NCBI GenBank assembly: GCA_001600815.1
Contig: BCKZ01000032.1
Span: 1-64,000 of the forward strand
Source of the DNA: Alloascoidea hylecoeti
Lineage: Eukaryota
Length of the DNA stretch: 64,000 nucleotides
Reading direction: 5' to 3'
Shown: in pieces, positions 1 through 11,062 of the stretch
Numbering within the stretch: the stretch's first letter is position 1
Layout: every line of letters begins with the position of its first letter
Program-made: the position numbers and the translations under genes
The notes under the pieces: model-generated
Told to the model about the DNA's origin: nothing
Databases searched by the model: none
Seen by the model: only the letters and a program-made list of their open reading frames with translations

Positions 1-335
1 TTATTATTTAAAATATAGCCCATCATAAAACCTGTGTTTTTGTCAGTCAAGATTAATCCATATTTAGCATTATTGGGTCCAAAAATGTCAACTGAAACCG
101 TCGATCCGGGAATTGTNGGTTTCATATCCTTGATAGTTCCGTGATTCAAATTTACTTGTGCTGCACAAATAAGACAAGTTTTGATTTGGTCTTGTAATTC
201 TTTTAAATTTAATTCAGGAAATTGTGCTTTTAATGATTTAGCCGATGCATGACCATAATTTTTATGTAATTTTAATAAGTTAATATCTTTTTCAATATTA
301 AACACAGTTTCTTCTTTAAAATCTTCAGGAGTAAT
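1..335 (-). mobile_element. Ty1/copia integrase fragment (HHCC zinc domain plus start of core), cut by the window edge
   Basis: Minus-strand translation gives LHKNYGHASAK...KTCLICAAQ and PGSTVSVDIFGPNNAKYGLILTD; interrupted by the LTR at 336. Confidence 0.85.
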
Positions 336-509
336 TGACGATTTTTACTGCTTTCTTATTGAGAAAAGTGATTAAGATAAAGGATGGAGAACTAAATCCA
401 ATGGTGGATTTAGTCTCCTTTTATATTAATATTTATGTATATAAGTTATATAATTGTAAGTATAAATATTAAATAATAAATCGAAGTATGTAAGAAGTAT
501 TTTTCAACA
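336..509 (-). mobile_element. Copia LTR family 1 (174 bp), 3' LTR of a nested element
   Basis: TGTTG...CGTCA termini on minus strand; near-identical to 1353-1525 and 1623-1796; preceded on minus by purine-rich TAGCGAGAG (PPT-like). Confidence 0.85.
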
Positions 510-859
510 CTCTCGCTACTTCGAAACATTCAAGAAATAATAATAAAATAAATAAAGTAGTAAAGTTCTAGAGCAAAAGATGAACCGTCATAAAAATAAT
601 AAAGAAATAAGACATCAATTAATAGTCAGATAGTAAAGTTCAGGATATAAAAATTACTAAAATATTAAAGATCCAGANCATAACATTGGTAATAATAAAG
701 TAATGAGATTTCCAGAGAGATAAGATTTAATATTGTAGTATACATCCAGAACATATATTAACTTGTATTAAGTTGATTTTCAGATATTATTATGAGTAAT
801 AATATGACAGTGAGGGTTCTAGAACATAATAAAATGATGTCAATATTAAGATAAGTTGA

Positions 860-1070
860 TAAAAATAAAATAAGTTGATAATGTTCTTGTGATAAAATAA
901 GTTGTAATAATAAAATAAGTTGTAGTAATAAAATAAGTGGGTAATAATAAAATAAGTTGTAGTGATAAAATAAGTGAGTAATCATAAAGTAAGTTTGTAA
1001 CATTAATAAAATAAGTTTGTAATGACATAAGTTGTAATAATAAAATAAGTTTGTAGTGATAAGATAAGTG
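860..1070. repeat. Degenerate 18-bp minisatellite (AAAATAAGTTGTAATAAT)
   Basis: About ten imperfect tandem copies; accounts for the spurious LILLLQ / TTYFI ORFs. Confidence 0.85.
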
Positions 1071-1352
1071 TCAAATAATTAAATCAATGTATCTTTTCTT
1101 GAAGATTAAGACATAATAATAGAGTTTGAAATTTCAAATATATCAATAATAAAATAAGATTTTTAGGTAGAAAATAAGTTTTTTTTTTTAATATAAGTTC
1201 TGAGATTTCAAGTATGTCAAAATAAAATAATTATTTGCATAATAAGTTTTGTAAAGTTTTTAATTCATAGATTCAGTAGATAAGTTTTTTTGAATTTTCT
1301 TCAATTTATTAGATAAAGATTTAGTAACATTGGTTTGTTTAGGAGATAAGTT

Positions 1353-1525
1353 TGACGATTTTTACTGCTTTTTCTATTGAAAGTTGTATAAGATAAAGGA
1401 TAGAGAACTAAATGCAATGGTGGATTTAGTCTCCTTTTATATTAATATTTATGTATATAAGTTATATAATTGTTAGTATAAATATTAAATAATAAATCGA
1501 AGTATGTAAGAAGTATTTTTCAACA
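1353..1525 (-). mobile_element. Solo LTR family 1 with 5-bp TSD
   Basis: AAGTT at both 1348-1352 and 1526-1530; TG...CA termini. Confidence 0.9.
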
Positions 1526-1622
1526 AAGTTTAATTTTCCAATGTTCTGGGTTGTCATAATATTAAATTTATGATCTTCAGTATTCTTAAGAGACTTAACA
1601 GGTAAATTTGTTGTTAATATTA

Positions 1623-1796
1623 TGTTGAAAAATACTTCTTACATACTTCGATTTATTATTTAATATTTATACTTACAATTATATAACTTATATACATAAA
1701 TATTAATATAAAAGGAGACTAAATCCACCATTGGATTTAGTTCTCTATCCTTTATCTTAATCACTTTTCTTAATAAGAAAGCAGTAAAAATCGTTA
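1623..1796 (+). mobile_element. LTR family 1, opposite orientation
   Basis: Reverse complement of 336-509; flanks TATTA and GATGA do not form a TSD. Confidence 0.85.
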
Positions 1797-2080
1797 GATG
1801 ATGATGAAATATTACTCCTTATGCCTACAACTACAGAAATAATACCTAAAACATATGAAGATGTAATTAAATCAAAAAACAAAGAAAATTGGATTAATGC
1901 TATGAAAGATGAATTGGACAGTTTAAGGAATAATAAAGTATTTGAAGAAACCACTGAATATATTCCAAAATCTTCCATTGTTGATTCTAGATGGGTATTT
2001 GCACTAAAGAATGTTGACTCTAAACCACTGTATAAGGCTAGACTGGTGGCCAAAGGATATTCCCAATCCAAAGGTATTAT
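1797..2080 (+). mobile_element. Copia reverse transcriptase N-terminal fragment
   Basis: PKTYEDV...WINAMKDELDSL...SRWVF...YKARLVAKGYSQ, RVT_2 motifs. Confidence 0.9.
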
Positions 2081-2228
2081 AAAAATTAATAAATAAATAA
2101 TAATACCTTTGGATTGGGAATATCCTTTGGCCACCAGTCTAGCCTTATACAGTGGTTTAGAGTCAACATTCTTTAGTGCAAATACCCATCTAGAATCAAC
2201 AATGGAAGATTTTGGAATATATTCAGTG
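1952..2228. repeat. Inverted repeat with 129-bp arms and 19-bp spacer
   Basis: 1952-2080 is the reverse complement of 2100-2228. Confidence 0.95.
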
Positions 2229-2452
2229 ATTTCTTCTCTTTTTATATTTCCTTTTACTATGTATTCTATATAAATAAGATAATTATATAATTCTAAATNT
2301 AGTTTCAACATTCTCGCTATTTTAGAATTTTATACAAAATATAGTAAAAAAATTCTAAAATAGTGAGAATGTTGAAACTATATTTAGAATTATATAATTA
2401 TCTTATTTATATAGAATACATAGTAAAAGGAAATATAAAAAGAGAAGAAATC
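2228..2452. repeat. Inverted repeat with 104-bp arms and 17-bp spacer, covering the PPT and 5' part of LTR family 2
   Basis: 2228-2331 vs 2349-2452 differ by one mismatch and one n; LTR start TGTTGAAACTATA at 2370 follows TAGTGAGAA. Confidence 0.9.
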
Positions 2453-2529
2453 CTCCTCAGGATTTCTTTCTCTACCCTTTTTATTTTACACTTATCTTAC
2501 CTATTAAAATTAAAAATTTTAAGAATTTT

Positions 2530-3385
2530 ACTTGACGCCTTGTAGGTCGCCGGTAATGGCACACGATTCTGATGATAGTTTATCCAGTAGTTCTTTGATT
2601 TTGGTGTTCTGATCACCTTACTAAAGAGACGAAAGTAAAGAGCCTGCATCAACTGTGGTCCGTAAAATTCTTGTCCTCTGATTGTTTTCCATATAGCATT
2701 CCAAATAATACTGCACTATTGTCTAGGTCCTTGACTTCAATAGGAGGTAGAAAGTACTGTAAGGGTATGATACTCTCACCCCCCTCCCCCCTCCCCCCTC
2801 CCCCCAGATATCCTTTGGGTTGTTCTTTGGAACTAGAGTTATGAATGGCGTTGATAGCTGGTGTTGCCAGTGGAATTACTGAGCTAGATTGACGGTGGTC
2901 TGGGGTGATTTGGGTTTAGTAACAGAGGAAACTGTATGACTACGCCAGAATGTGATGGCGAGTACGGTTACTAAAAGCGTGAGAAGGATAAGTTCGGGGA
3001 TGCTTACAGACTGTCCAGCGAAAAATACTGTGTAGCGTATATAAAGCTCTAATAATCTTGATTACTACGGAGATCGTAGCTTCTACGTATGGGCTCAGAA
3101 TTTGAGATATTGCGTGAAGTCCATGCTAGTAAGTTAGAGCACTGACGTACACGGTAGCAAAAACGCGCCAGATGTATTGACCAAGTTCGAGGATCCAGTC
3201 TTTTCCATCTTCAAGAACAGAAGTAGCAGTTGCGGTTGCGGTTGTAGTGAAGGGTGCCGTTCCTATGGATAATTTTTGGGTAGTTGGTTCAATCGTAGAA
3301 CGAGTCACAAAGTTGAATCCGGAGTGGAGAAGCAAAAACTCGAAGAAGCCCATAAGAAGGTAGAGTGCTGTTAGAAAGACCTCCA
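2530..3385 (-). mobile_element. Degenerate gag-like region of a probable Ty3/gypsy element
   Basis: GC-richer segment directly after LTR and PBS; ORF 3386-3126 continues through stops and frameshifts. Gag identity is inferred from position only. Confidence 0.5.
3376..3385 (-). promoter_or_regulatory. Candidate primer-binding site TGGAGGTCTT, complementary to the tRNA-Gln 3' end
   Basis: Immediately follows the LTR terminal CA; yeast tRNA-Gln(UUG) ends ...AAGACCU-CCA (recalled, not checked). Confidence 0.65.
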
Positions 3386-3582
3386 TGTAATAGTGGCGTA
3401 TTAATCGTGATACTAGTCTTACTGTGTATTAGATAATAGTCCGATTAAAGCTTGATCCTCCCCTGACAGGTGGAACACAGGTCCTTTTATGGTCGGGAGA
3501 TGATCACATGATTACACGACTTTCTCTAAGAGATCCACAAGACATGTGACCAGCTTTGCCATATATGGTCGAGTATGTAACA
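3386..3582 (-). mobile_element. 197-bp LTR (TGTTACA...TATTACA)
   Basis: TGT...ACA termini followed by a TGG-starting PBS; abuts a copia LTR remnant ending TAGTTTCAACA at 3646. Confidence 0.7.
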
Positions 3583-4165
3583 CTATATAACTTATATAAA
3601 TTAAGATATTATTAATTTGCATATGTTGCTAAATATAGTTTCAACATTCGACCCAATCATATTTGTCTATATAAAGAAGGCAAAATCCCTTTCAATTAGG
3701 ATTTTGCTCTTCACTTTTTTCTTATTCATTTTAATATACAATATCTTTATCTCATACAAATTTATTATTTTCAATTTTCCGATCTTTATACCTAATCTTA
3801 TTTTTTATAATATTGTTGAAATATTGTACGAAAGAATGTTTCATAATTCACGAATAATACATAATATGAAATACTAATTTTATATAGTTAGATAAATCTC
3901 AATATAAAAGAAGAGTCAAATTCAAATCACCCTTTTCATTTTTACTGTCCTTACACAGTACTATTAATTCTATACAGAACTACTATTACTACTTCTATCA
4001 ATTGACGAATCTCACACCGCAAATTATAAAAATATAACTGGCAGATGAGTGTAAGATAAAAAGGGTAGAGAACTAAATCCAATAGTGAATTTAGTCTCTA
4101 TTTATACTAATTTTAAGTTATATAGCTATATAATAAATTCATAATATCTATATAATATTTTCGCA
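3583..4165. mobile_element. Several degenerate copia LTR remnants
   Basis: TTTCAACA at 3639-3646, TGTTGAAATA at 3814, and a diverged family-1-like copy at ~4001-4165 containing GAACTAAATCC...ATTTAGTCTC. Confidence 0.6.
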
Positions 4166-4169
4166 GATA

Positions 4170-4830
4170 TTGATAACTATAGTTCGCTCATAATAACAAC
4201 AAAGATATCTTTTGACTTTTCCAGCTTATCATATTATTTTCCAAGAAGGTGATGTATCCATGATTACTAGTACGATCTTTGCTATCTGCCCAGGTTGCAT
4301 CTGTGATAGTAGTGATAGTTAATTTGTTATTCAATTTTTACTTGATTCATGTTCCTTTATAAATGCAGTTTCTGTAACCCTAATATCCAATTTTTTGTTC
4401 TTTTGATAATTAATTCCCTTGAACTTAGTAGATATTGCATAACTTGACACTTTCTTTGCTTGTTGTAAGTTGCTTTGGGTTGGAGCTTTCAATTTCCTAG
4501 CCAAGAGATTATTTGGATACAGTAATACCAAGAAAAACTTGAGGAAAGTCCATAACTTTAACAGTGAAGAAGTTTTGTAATTTTGATTATATTTCCTGAA
4601 TATCCTTCATTCTTCCAAAAATTAATCCATCATCAACGTAAATAATTATTTCTTACCTTCTTATTGAAAAAGACACAGGGTTCAATCACTGTATTCCTTA
4701 AGCCAAATTTACCAAGTAGTTCCTTCTTTTTGTTGTAAAAGCTCAGTGGTGCCTGTTTGAGTCCATACAAAGATTTTTGAAGACGCCAAATGTGATATTT
4801 GGGAATAGAGAGTCCAGGAGGTGGTTGTAC
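4170..4830 (-). mobile_element. Copia RT and RNase H remnant
   Basis: PPPG...LQKSLYGLKQAP, IYVDDGLI and ITDATWADSKDRTSNHGY...ISWKSQK, with frameshifts and deletions. Confidence 0.9.
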
Positions 4831-4833
4831 CTC

Positions 4834-6611
4834 ACTCAACATAAGTAGATCGAATAAATGGTGTTAGGAATCTTATTCGCTTAAATGAACTCTTATTACC
4901 TAACCCTTATTCCTAACCCACACTTATTTCTCCTTTATTTCATTAATCCGATCACTAGATCTTTTTTATATAAATATAAGTTATATACTTACATAGAGTC
5001 TGTAATAATGATTCCACACATAATAAATATTGAACATTACAATTTAATTCTTCTAAAAAGGTTCAAACTCTTCAGCGCGGCCAACCAAAAAATTCCAAAT
5101 ACTTACAGAATCAGAGGAGAATCGCTTACAGATAGTCTAATTTATTGTGCGCGAATGGCAATTGGGAAGGATATGACATCCTGTTTTTATATGGTAGATG
5201 AGATAATTGACCGGAAGTATAAGTCCGTCCCAGGACCCACAATCAGGACAAAATCCCAGGAAACGAGAAGATAATAGTCATTATATGCACAATAATTGGA
5301 TTTATCGATTTCTCAAAAGGAATCCACGTATAAAATATGTGAAAGTACGGAGTTTAGACGCGTATAGATTCCTCTGCGCGATCAGGATACCATTTCCTCC
5401 TGGTATAACGTTCTTGAAGGTTTATACAACACATATCACTATAAAAGTTCACAAGTTCATAATTTTAATGAGACAGGACTCCACCCGGGAGAGATGGCTA
5501 ATAGTTGGAAGGTTTTTGCGTCGTCTGGGGGACAACCACGGCCTCAAATGAGTAGAACCAAGACCCATTAATATTGAATGTATTACAGGTGATGGTACGA
5601 TGAATTTCATTAATACTCCTACTGGCTATGTTAATAGCGAAACATTTCTTATTTGGTTTACCAACACATTTATTAAGAATATAAATCATCATAAACCACA
5701 CTTACTAATGCTTGATTGCCATGCTACTCATACGACGTTCTTGTTCATTGAATCTTGTATAAAATTAAACTTTCAGCTGATCATCCTTCCCAGTCGTCCA
5801 ATTATACCCAAGCTTTGGATGTGGAAGTGTTTAAATCGGTGAAGCAGGCATTCAAAAATTACAACAAAAACCACCTTCACTCCCTCAACAGCAGTTATCT
5901 CTGACCAAAGGCCGACTTCATGAAGGCGTTAATTCATGTAAGGAAAGGAGGATTAAAATCAAAAAATATTATTAGCGGCTTTTACCCTTTAAATGTTTCC
6001 GTGGTTTTTAAGAATGTTTTGGTTGATCCGGGACCAATCCTTAAGGTGTCCAAACTCCGGAACAGGAATCTCATAGAGCTTTACAATCTAATGATCTATT
6101 TAATGCTCATATAGGAAATGTTATGGAAATGTTGTTGAATATTGATCAAAATGCTGATGCAGTACCTTAATTGGTGAGGTGGACCAGAGCGTCAAGTGTG
6201 GTTTTGAAACATGGGGTGCGGGAGCCAGAAGGGTCTGATCCCTTTTTCCTATAAGAGAAATTTATTAAATAAGGGTAGAAAAGGTATATCGAAGGTTATT
6301 CATGAAACACTTCTTGCTATGGACCCACAGTGCAGGGAAAGGTTGGCAGAATGTGAAATTAACACCCTCAAAATAAAGGTTTCACAGAAAAAAATCTCAG
6401 CGACTGGGAAAAAGAAACATTCGATCATATTAAAACTTATAAAGAGAATTTATGACATTAAGTACAATCTATATTTACAATATTTATTTTTTAAAATAAA
6501 AATGGTGATCGTGAGGAACATTTTGCTTTAAATGGTTTACTTGGTCTTCACGGACCACGTGTGGATAACGGAAATCAATGTGAACTACCTCATATCTACC
6601 TGGGTGTTGAC
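4834..6611 (+). mobile_element. Degenerate pogo/Fot1-type DNA transposon (CENP-B HTH plus DDE_1)
   Basis: NWIYRFLKRNP, HNFNETG, GYVNSETFLIWF, LLMLDCHATH, QALDVEVF across frames; weak TIR similarity (TCAACA..GTAGAT), so ends are uncertain. Confidence 0.8.
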
Positions 6612-7055
6612 TAATTAGTAGCCCCATAGCGATTTACCAAACGCGAAATAATCTTCAAAGATATGGCTAACTAACTTTCGATAAAGACACTAGTTATATT
6701 TTGCACACAACACCCGTTAATTTTCGGAGAAGTAACTAGTTAATAATTCAAATCCATCGCTGAATGAGTTCATAAAATGGTGCTAATTAACTTACGGCAT
6801 ATCAACTAAATAATTTTCAAATAAGGCGCCAACTTGTAACTGATATTAGTTACCAACCTTCCATCCATAATAGCACCACCAACGTTTCCTAGGAAACGCT
6901 ATTTGCAAGATCACGACATGTAATTAATCATCAGTAAGTATTTCAATTGATTTCCAAAGAGAAGGCTAATTAGTTTACAGAAATCATGATAGTTAGCTCC
7001 CAGGCATATCGCTAATTATTTTCAAAAATAGTGCTATTAATAGGTGGAAAGACTG
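6612..7055. mobile_element. Partial modular MITE, family A
   Basis: Ends ...GTGGAAAGACTG followed by TA; homologous to 8420-8700 and to the right half of 8905-9272. Confidence 0.7.
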
Positions 7056-7079
7056 TAAAGTGTATACTGTCTGCAAATT

Positions 7080-7420
7080 TAAGATATGTTGGATCCTCGC
7101 TTAAAAAACTGTAGGCAATATGTTTTTTTTTTTTTTGTTCTATATATAAGAACGTTGGAGTGCCCGACAATGGCCAGTATATGAAGTTTTACGAAACATT
7201 GATGCTTGGTTATCGCTTTCCCTTTTCGCAAGTTTTTAGGAGGATCTGTTTTTAGTCCAAGCACGAAGACGCTCTATATTGGCGTCAGCAACCATTTTTA
7301 CACGATATTTCAAATGAGATATTGCTCTTCGAAAGAAGACAACAGTCTTCGATTTTTCTGGGAGGCTTGTTTTTAATTTACCGTGAAAGTGATCATGAAG
7401 AGTCGATTTTTTGAGATAGC
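7080..7420 (-). mobile_element. Second pogo-like transposase N-terminal remnant
   Basis: KSTLHDHFHGK and RRLLSSFEEQYL in adjacent frames resemble psq / CENP-B HTH motifs. Confidence 0.45.
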
Positions 7421-8419
7421 AAACTTGTTGGAAACTTTCGAATTCTGAAATAAATAGAATTTATCTATTTCTCTACCTTAAAGTTTGATGAATGACTCAG
7501 CCCTAAACAGTGATAAACACGTATATAAATAAATAGTTTGTGTATTTCTGTCAATTAATTACTTATTACTTTAATCAAAACTTATTATATCTCACATAAC
7601 GAACTCAAGTTATCTGAACTAGTAAATTAGATAAAATGCTTAAGTCAAGCAACCCAATTGAAACAAATGAATGACTTTCTTCCCCAATTTGTTTTGATGA
7701 TTGTGCTCGATCATTAGAAGTCTTGTACGTGCCATCTTATGTTCTGGTAGTGATTTAGTGGTTATTTTAAAATGGAACTTTTGAAGTGATTTGGGAACTG
7801 TTTCGTATATTGGGTTGGTAGTCCAAATTTGATAGATCATCTCAATTCTCACACTACACTACGACAACTGATTTGAGAACACACCTACATTATTTTTTAA
7901 TTATAGAGCCATCATACAATATCAATATAACAGCTTCCAACTAATCGTGGCATAGGTAATGAAAGTATTTGTATTATGGGTGTAACTTAAATATATATCT
8001 AGTGAATTCAATAAGTGCTAAGTTTTAGAAAAATTCCAACAGTACAAAAGAAATTACAAAAATTTGAACAAATATTAACCCAATTATAAGACTAAGTAGA
8101 TTTTAGTGATTATACTATTTGTAATAAATAACACAACTTTAAATTAGTTGCTGGATTTGTGATTCGTGGTTTACACTTCTCAAAGAAAGTCATATAGAAC
8201 GTTTATAATATAGAATGGAATCCTTTTCACAGCACACAGAAACTTTAAAGTACAGGTATCTTCATTATAATTCAAGGGCGATGCCCAGGTGGTAGAAGTT
8301 AAAAGAACCGTCTGTTCTGCACTAAGGAGATATATTCCAAGGCTCAAGATGATGAATCTCATACTTAAGAACTGTATAAGAGGTATTGAAAAGAAAGAAT
8401 GGATAATAACCTTCTTGCC

Positions 8420-8700
8420 AATTCGCTAATTCACCCCTCACGTTATTGCTCTTACGCAACGCTGAATAAATTTCAACATTATAGCTAATTAATTTTCAAT
8501 AGGGTCGCTGATTATAATTCCCACACAGCACTAATTAATTTTTGGAGAAGAGACTAATTATTCATTCACACCGATCACTAAGTAATTTCAAAAACTAGCG
8601 CTAATTAATTTCTAACGTAATAGTTAAATAAGTTTCAAATTTAACGCCAACTCGTGCCAATTAATTGTCACACTTAGCGCTACCAAATTCTCCAAGGTAA
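8420..8700. mobile_element. MITE family A internal fragment
   Basis: ~22-bp periodic (C)GCTAATTAATTT modules; aligns with 6620-6850. Confidence 0.65.
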
Positions 8701-8904
8701 GGCTAACCCGATTTCTCAGCTTTTTAAGCCAATCAATTGGTGTAAATAAACAACCAAAACTAAAATTCTCACTAATTGTGTTTCCTATTTGTACCAAATC
8801 TATCGCACTTTAATCTACGAATTATTTAAGGGTAAATAAAGTATCCGATATATTGTACAATAACATCGGCTTCCCTATTGCTGTAATGGGAAGAGGGCTT
8901 CATA

Positions 8905-9272
8905 CAGTTGTTCCACCAATTAGTAGCGTTATTTCGGAAAATAATTACCGTTATGTCTGGGAGCTAATTAGCATGCCTTCCGTAAATTAATTAACGTTCT
9001 GTTTGGAAATCAATTAACGTGATTTTTATTAATTAATTAATGATACTGCAGATAATTATTTAGCTTTACAGTGCCTCAAATACCCTACTACAGAATCTTC
9101 CTAGGTAACGCTAAATAATTATCTGCAATATCACTAATCAATTATCAAACGTGATGTTAGTACATGTCCATAAGAAACGCTAATTATTTTATAGCAGTGA
9201 CGCTAATTAATTCCCAGACATAACGATAATAATTATTTTCGAAAATAGCACTACTAATTAGTGGAAAAACTG
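8905..9272. mobile_element. Complete foldback-type MITE family A (368 bp)
   Basis: TIR CAGTT(G/T)TTCCAC(C/T)AATTAGTAG... of at least ~70 bp; TA on the left, TG on the right. Confidence 0.85.
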
Positions 9273-9279
9273 TGTGGCA

Positions 9280-10250
9280 CGTATAACACCCTCGAGCAAA
9301 TGAGCCTAAAACACCTTCTGAAAGGGCATTAAATCAAATCCTGAAAAGTTTCCTCCCTGAATACGCCAAAGTTCATAATCAGAATATCACAGGCCACTTC
9401 TGTAAAAAAACATGGATATGGGATATTTTCGCCGTATCAAAGGCTTTCTCCCAATGGAATATGATTAGATAATTTAAAGATACATTGGAGCGATCTCAGG
9501 AAGTTTGAGATAGTGTTATACATTTAGTGATGAATGTTCGCTCGTTGCAGGATTCGAGTCTGAAAAAGTATATGCTCGACAACAGTCACACCAGGCATTT
9601 GAACTTCAAAATGTTTAAGATATAAGGAAATCTGTATCCGTGAGATTTGGGGTATGGAATGAAATTTGGAAAGGAGGTCGTGCTTCATTGTATAGAGTCA
9701 CTTTAGAGTGGCTGATGATCCTAGTAGCAGGAAAAAAGGACCTACTGTGCATTCCTATAAAGAACTTCTGGAAGATACCTTTGATGAAACTTTTGATGGT
9801 TTTATCAATCAAGATCATAGACATATTCATAAAGCTAAAATGGCGATAAATTGGTTTTGTGACAAGGTGATGGAGGTCTTGGAGTAGCATTTTTCATCGT
9901 AAATCCAAATGAGCGTATTTGGAATCTCCCATAAAAATGCAGACAAGGCATACATTGCGAGCATTCACTTGTACACAATCTGAAAATAAGGAAAGACATA
10001 ATACTTATATCTCTTTCAAAGTATTGGGTCCTCATTGATCAGGATACGATTGATAATCTAATTGACTCCGGTAGGGTGCCGTTTGTAGATCAACACCAGA
10101 TTTAAAATGTCGTTTTGGTATAGTCCAATAGAATATTTGGTGTCTATGGAACACTATGCACTACTTCAGGAACAATTTAAGCTCTTGTTGGATATTTGGC
10201 GGCGGGTGGTTATTATGCTATCGTGTTCTGGGTAAACTTATAACTTATTT
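9280..10250 (+). mobile_element. Degenerate Tc1-like transposase remnant
   Basis: FSDEC motif near 9525 and YWVLIDQDTIDNLIDS; nucleotide similarity to 38330-39500 and 61625-62150. Confidence 0.7.
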
Positions 10251-11062
10251 GTTATTAACCTTTTACTTAGTGCCCCGAAAGCTCTGGTTTGGCCTATTCT
10301 AAAATTGGTAATCTGTGAATGATTCCTGAGACCTTCAAAATAGCTCAAAAACCTCATTAATTACTTTTATTAGACGTCGGTATAGGCTTCATTTCGATAC
10401 TCACATCTTACAGGCTTGAAAAACCAAAAACCTTCAATCACTGGTTTCAGTTTCTACCGAAGATATAACTTATAACTTATAGGCTCTTCAAACCCCGCGA
10501 CCGTCGAGTTTATTTTCTCATTTCTCGACAATTGTTCCTACATACGGGCTCCATTGTTTGTCATGGAATCCCTGGTGACACCTATAATTACATACCGTTA
10601 ACATTTATTATTATTTAGACTAGCCTTTGAAATATTTAAGGTTCAGGTGTTAATGTCGCGTATTAATTCTAGATAATCAGTAATCTCAAATTTCCGGAGG
10701 ACTTTTATAGTTGGGGGTACTGAAATACATAAATGGCCCCAAATTATCTTTAAATTTCTTTCTGAGGTAAAACCATAACCTAGCACATTGGTATGTATAC
10801 GGTTAGAGGGGAAGAGGGATATCCAGGACTTCACAGACTCACAAATGATCACAAATTGATTGTATGCAAGGTCTTACAAATGAAAGAACCTATGTATTAT
10901 TATGATTTAGTTGTAATGATTATTGACAATTATTGGCTTCTAAACCCCAAAACTCTTATTAATATATTAAAATCGTATTTCTTATCATGTGCACATTTTG
11001 TCACAACTAAGCATCTACATTTATTTTTATTCCACCTACTCCTACGCAACTTTTTCAACGTC

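Larger units (their letters stand above)
510..1622 (-). mobile_element. 3' end of a copia element: pol C-terminus and long 3' UTR
   Basis: Minus frame ILTTNLPVKSLK...ESMN* resembles the RNase H terminal ADxLTKxL motif and reads through once the solo LTR and one TSD copy are removed; followed by an AT-rich UTR, PPT and LTR. Confidence 0.6.

Noticed and set aside
758..1028. Two minus-strand ORFs with LILLLQ / TTYFI repeats
   Set aside because: They are translations of the 18-bp minisatellite.
1757..2311. 184-aa minus-strand ORF with an RT motif
   Set aside because: Chimeric read-through of LTR, inverted RT arm and antisense RT created by the foldback.
8420..9272. CRISPR-like appearance of the periodic repeats
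   Set aside because: Eukaryotic context, degenerate short cores, TIR-bounded, no cas genes.
10793..11062. N-terminal extension of the ORF upstream of SEC7
   Set aside because: Promoter/UTR-like composition; ATG 11063 is the more plausible start.
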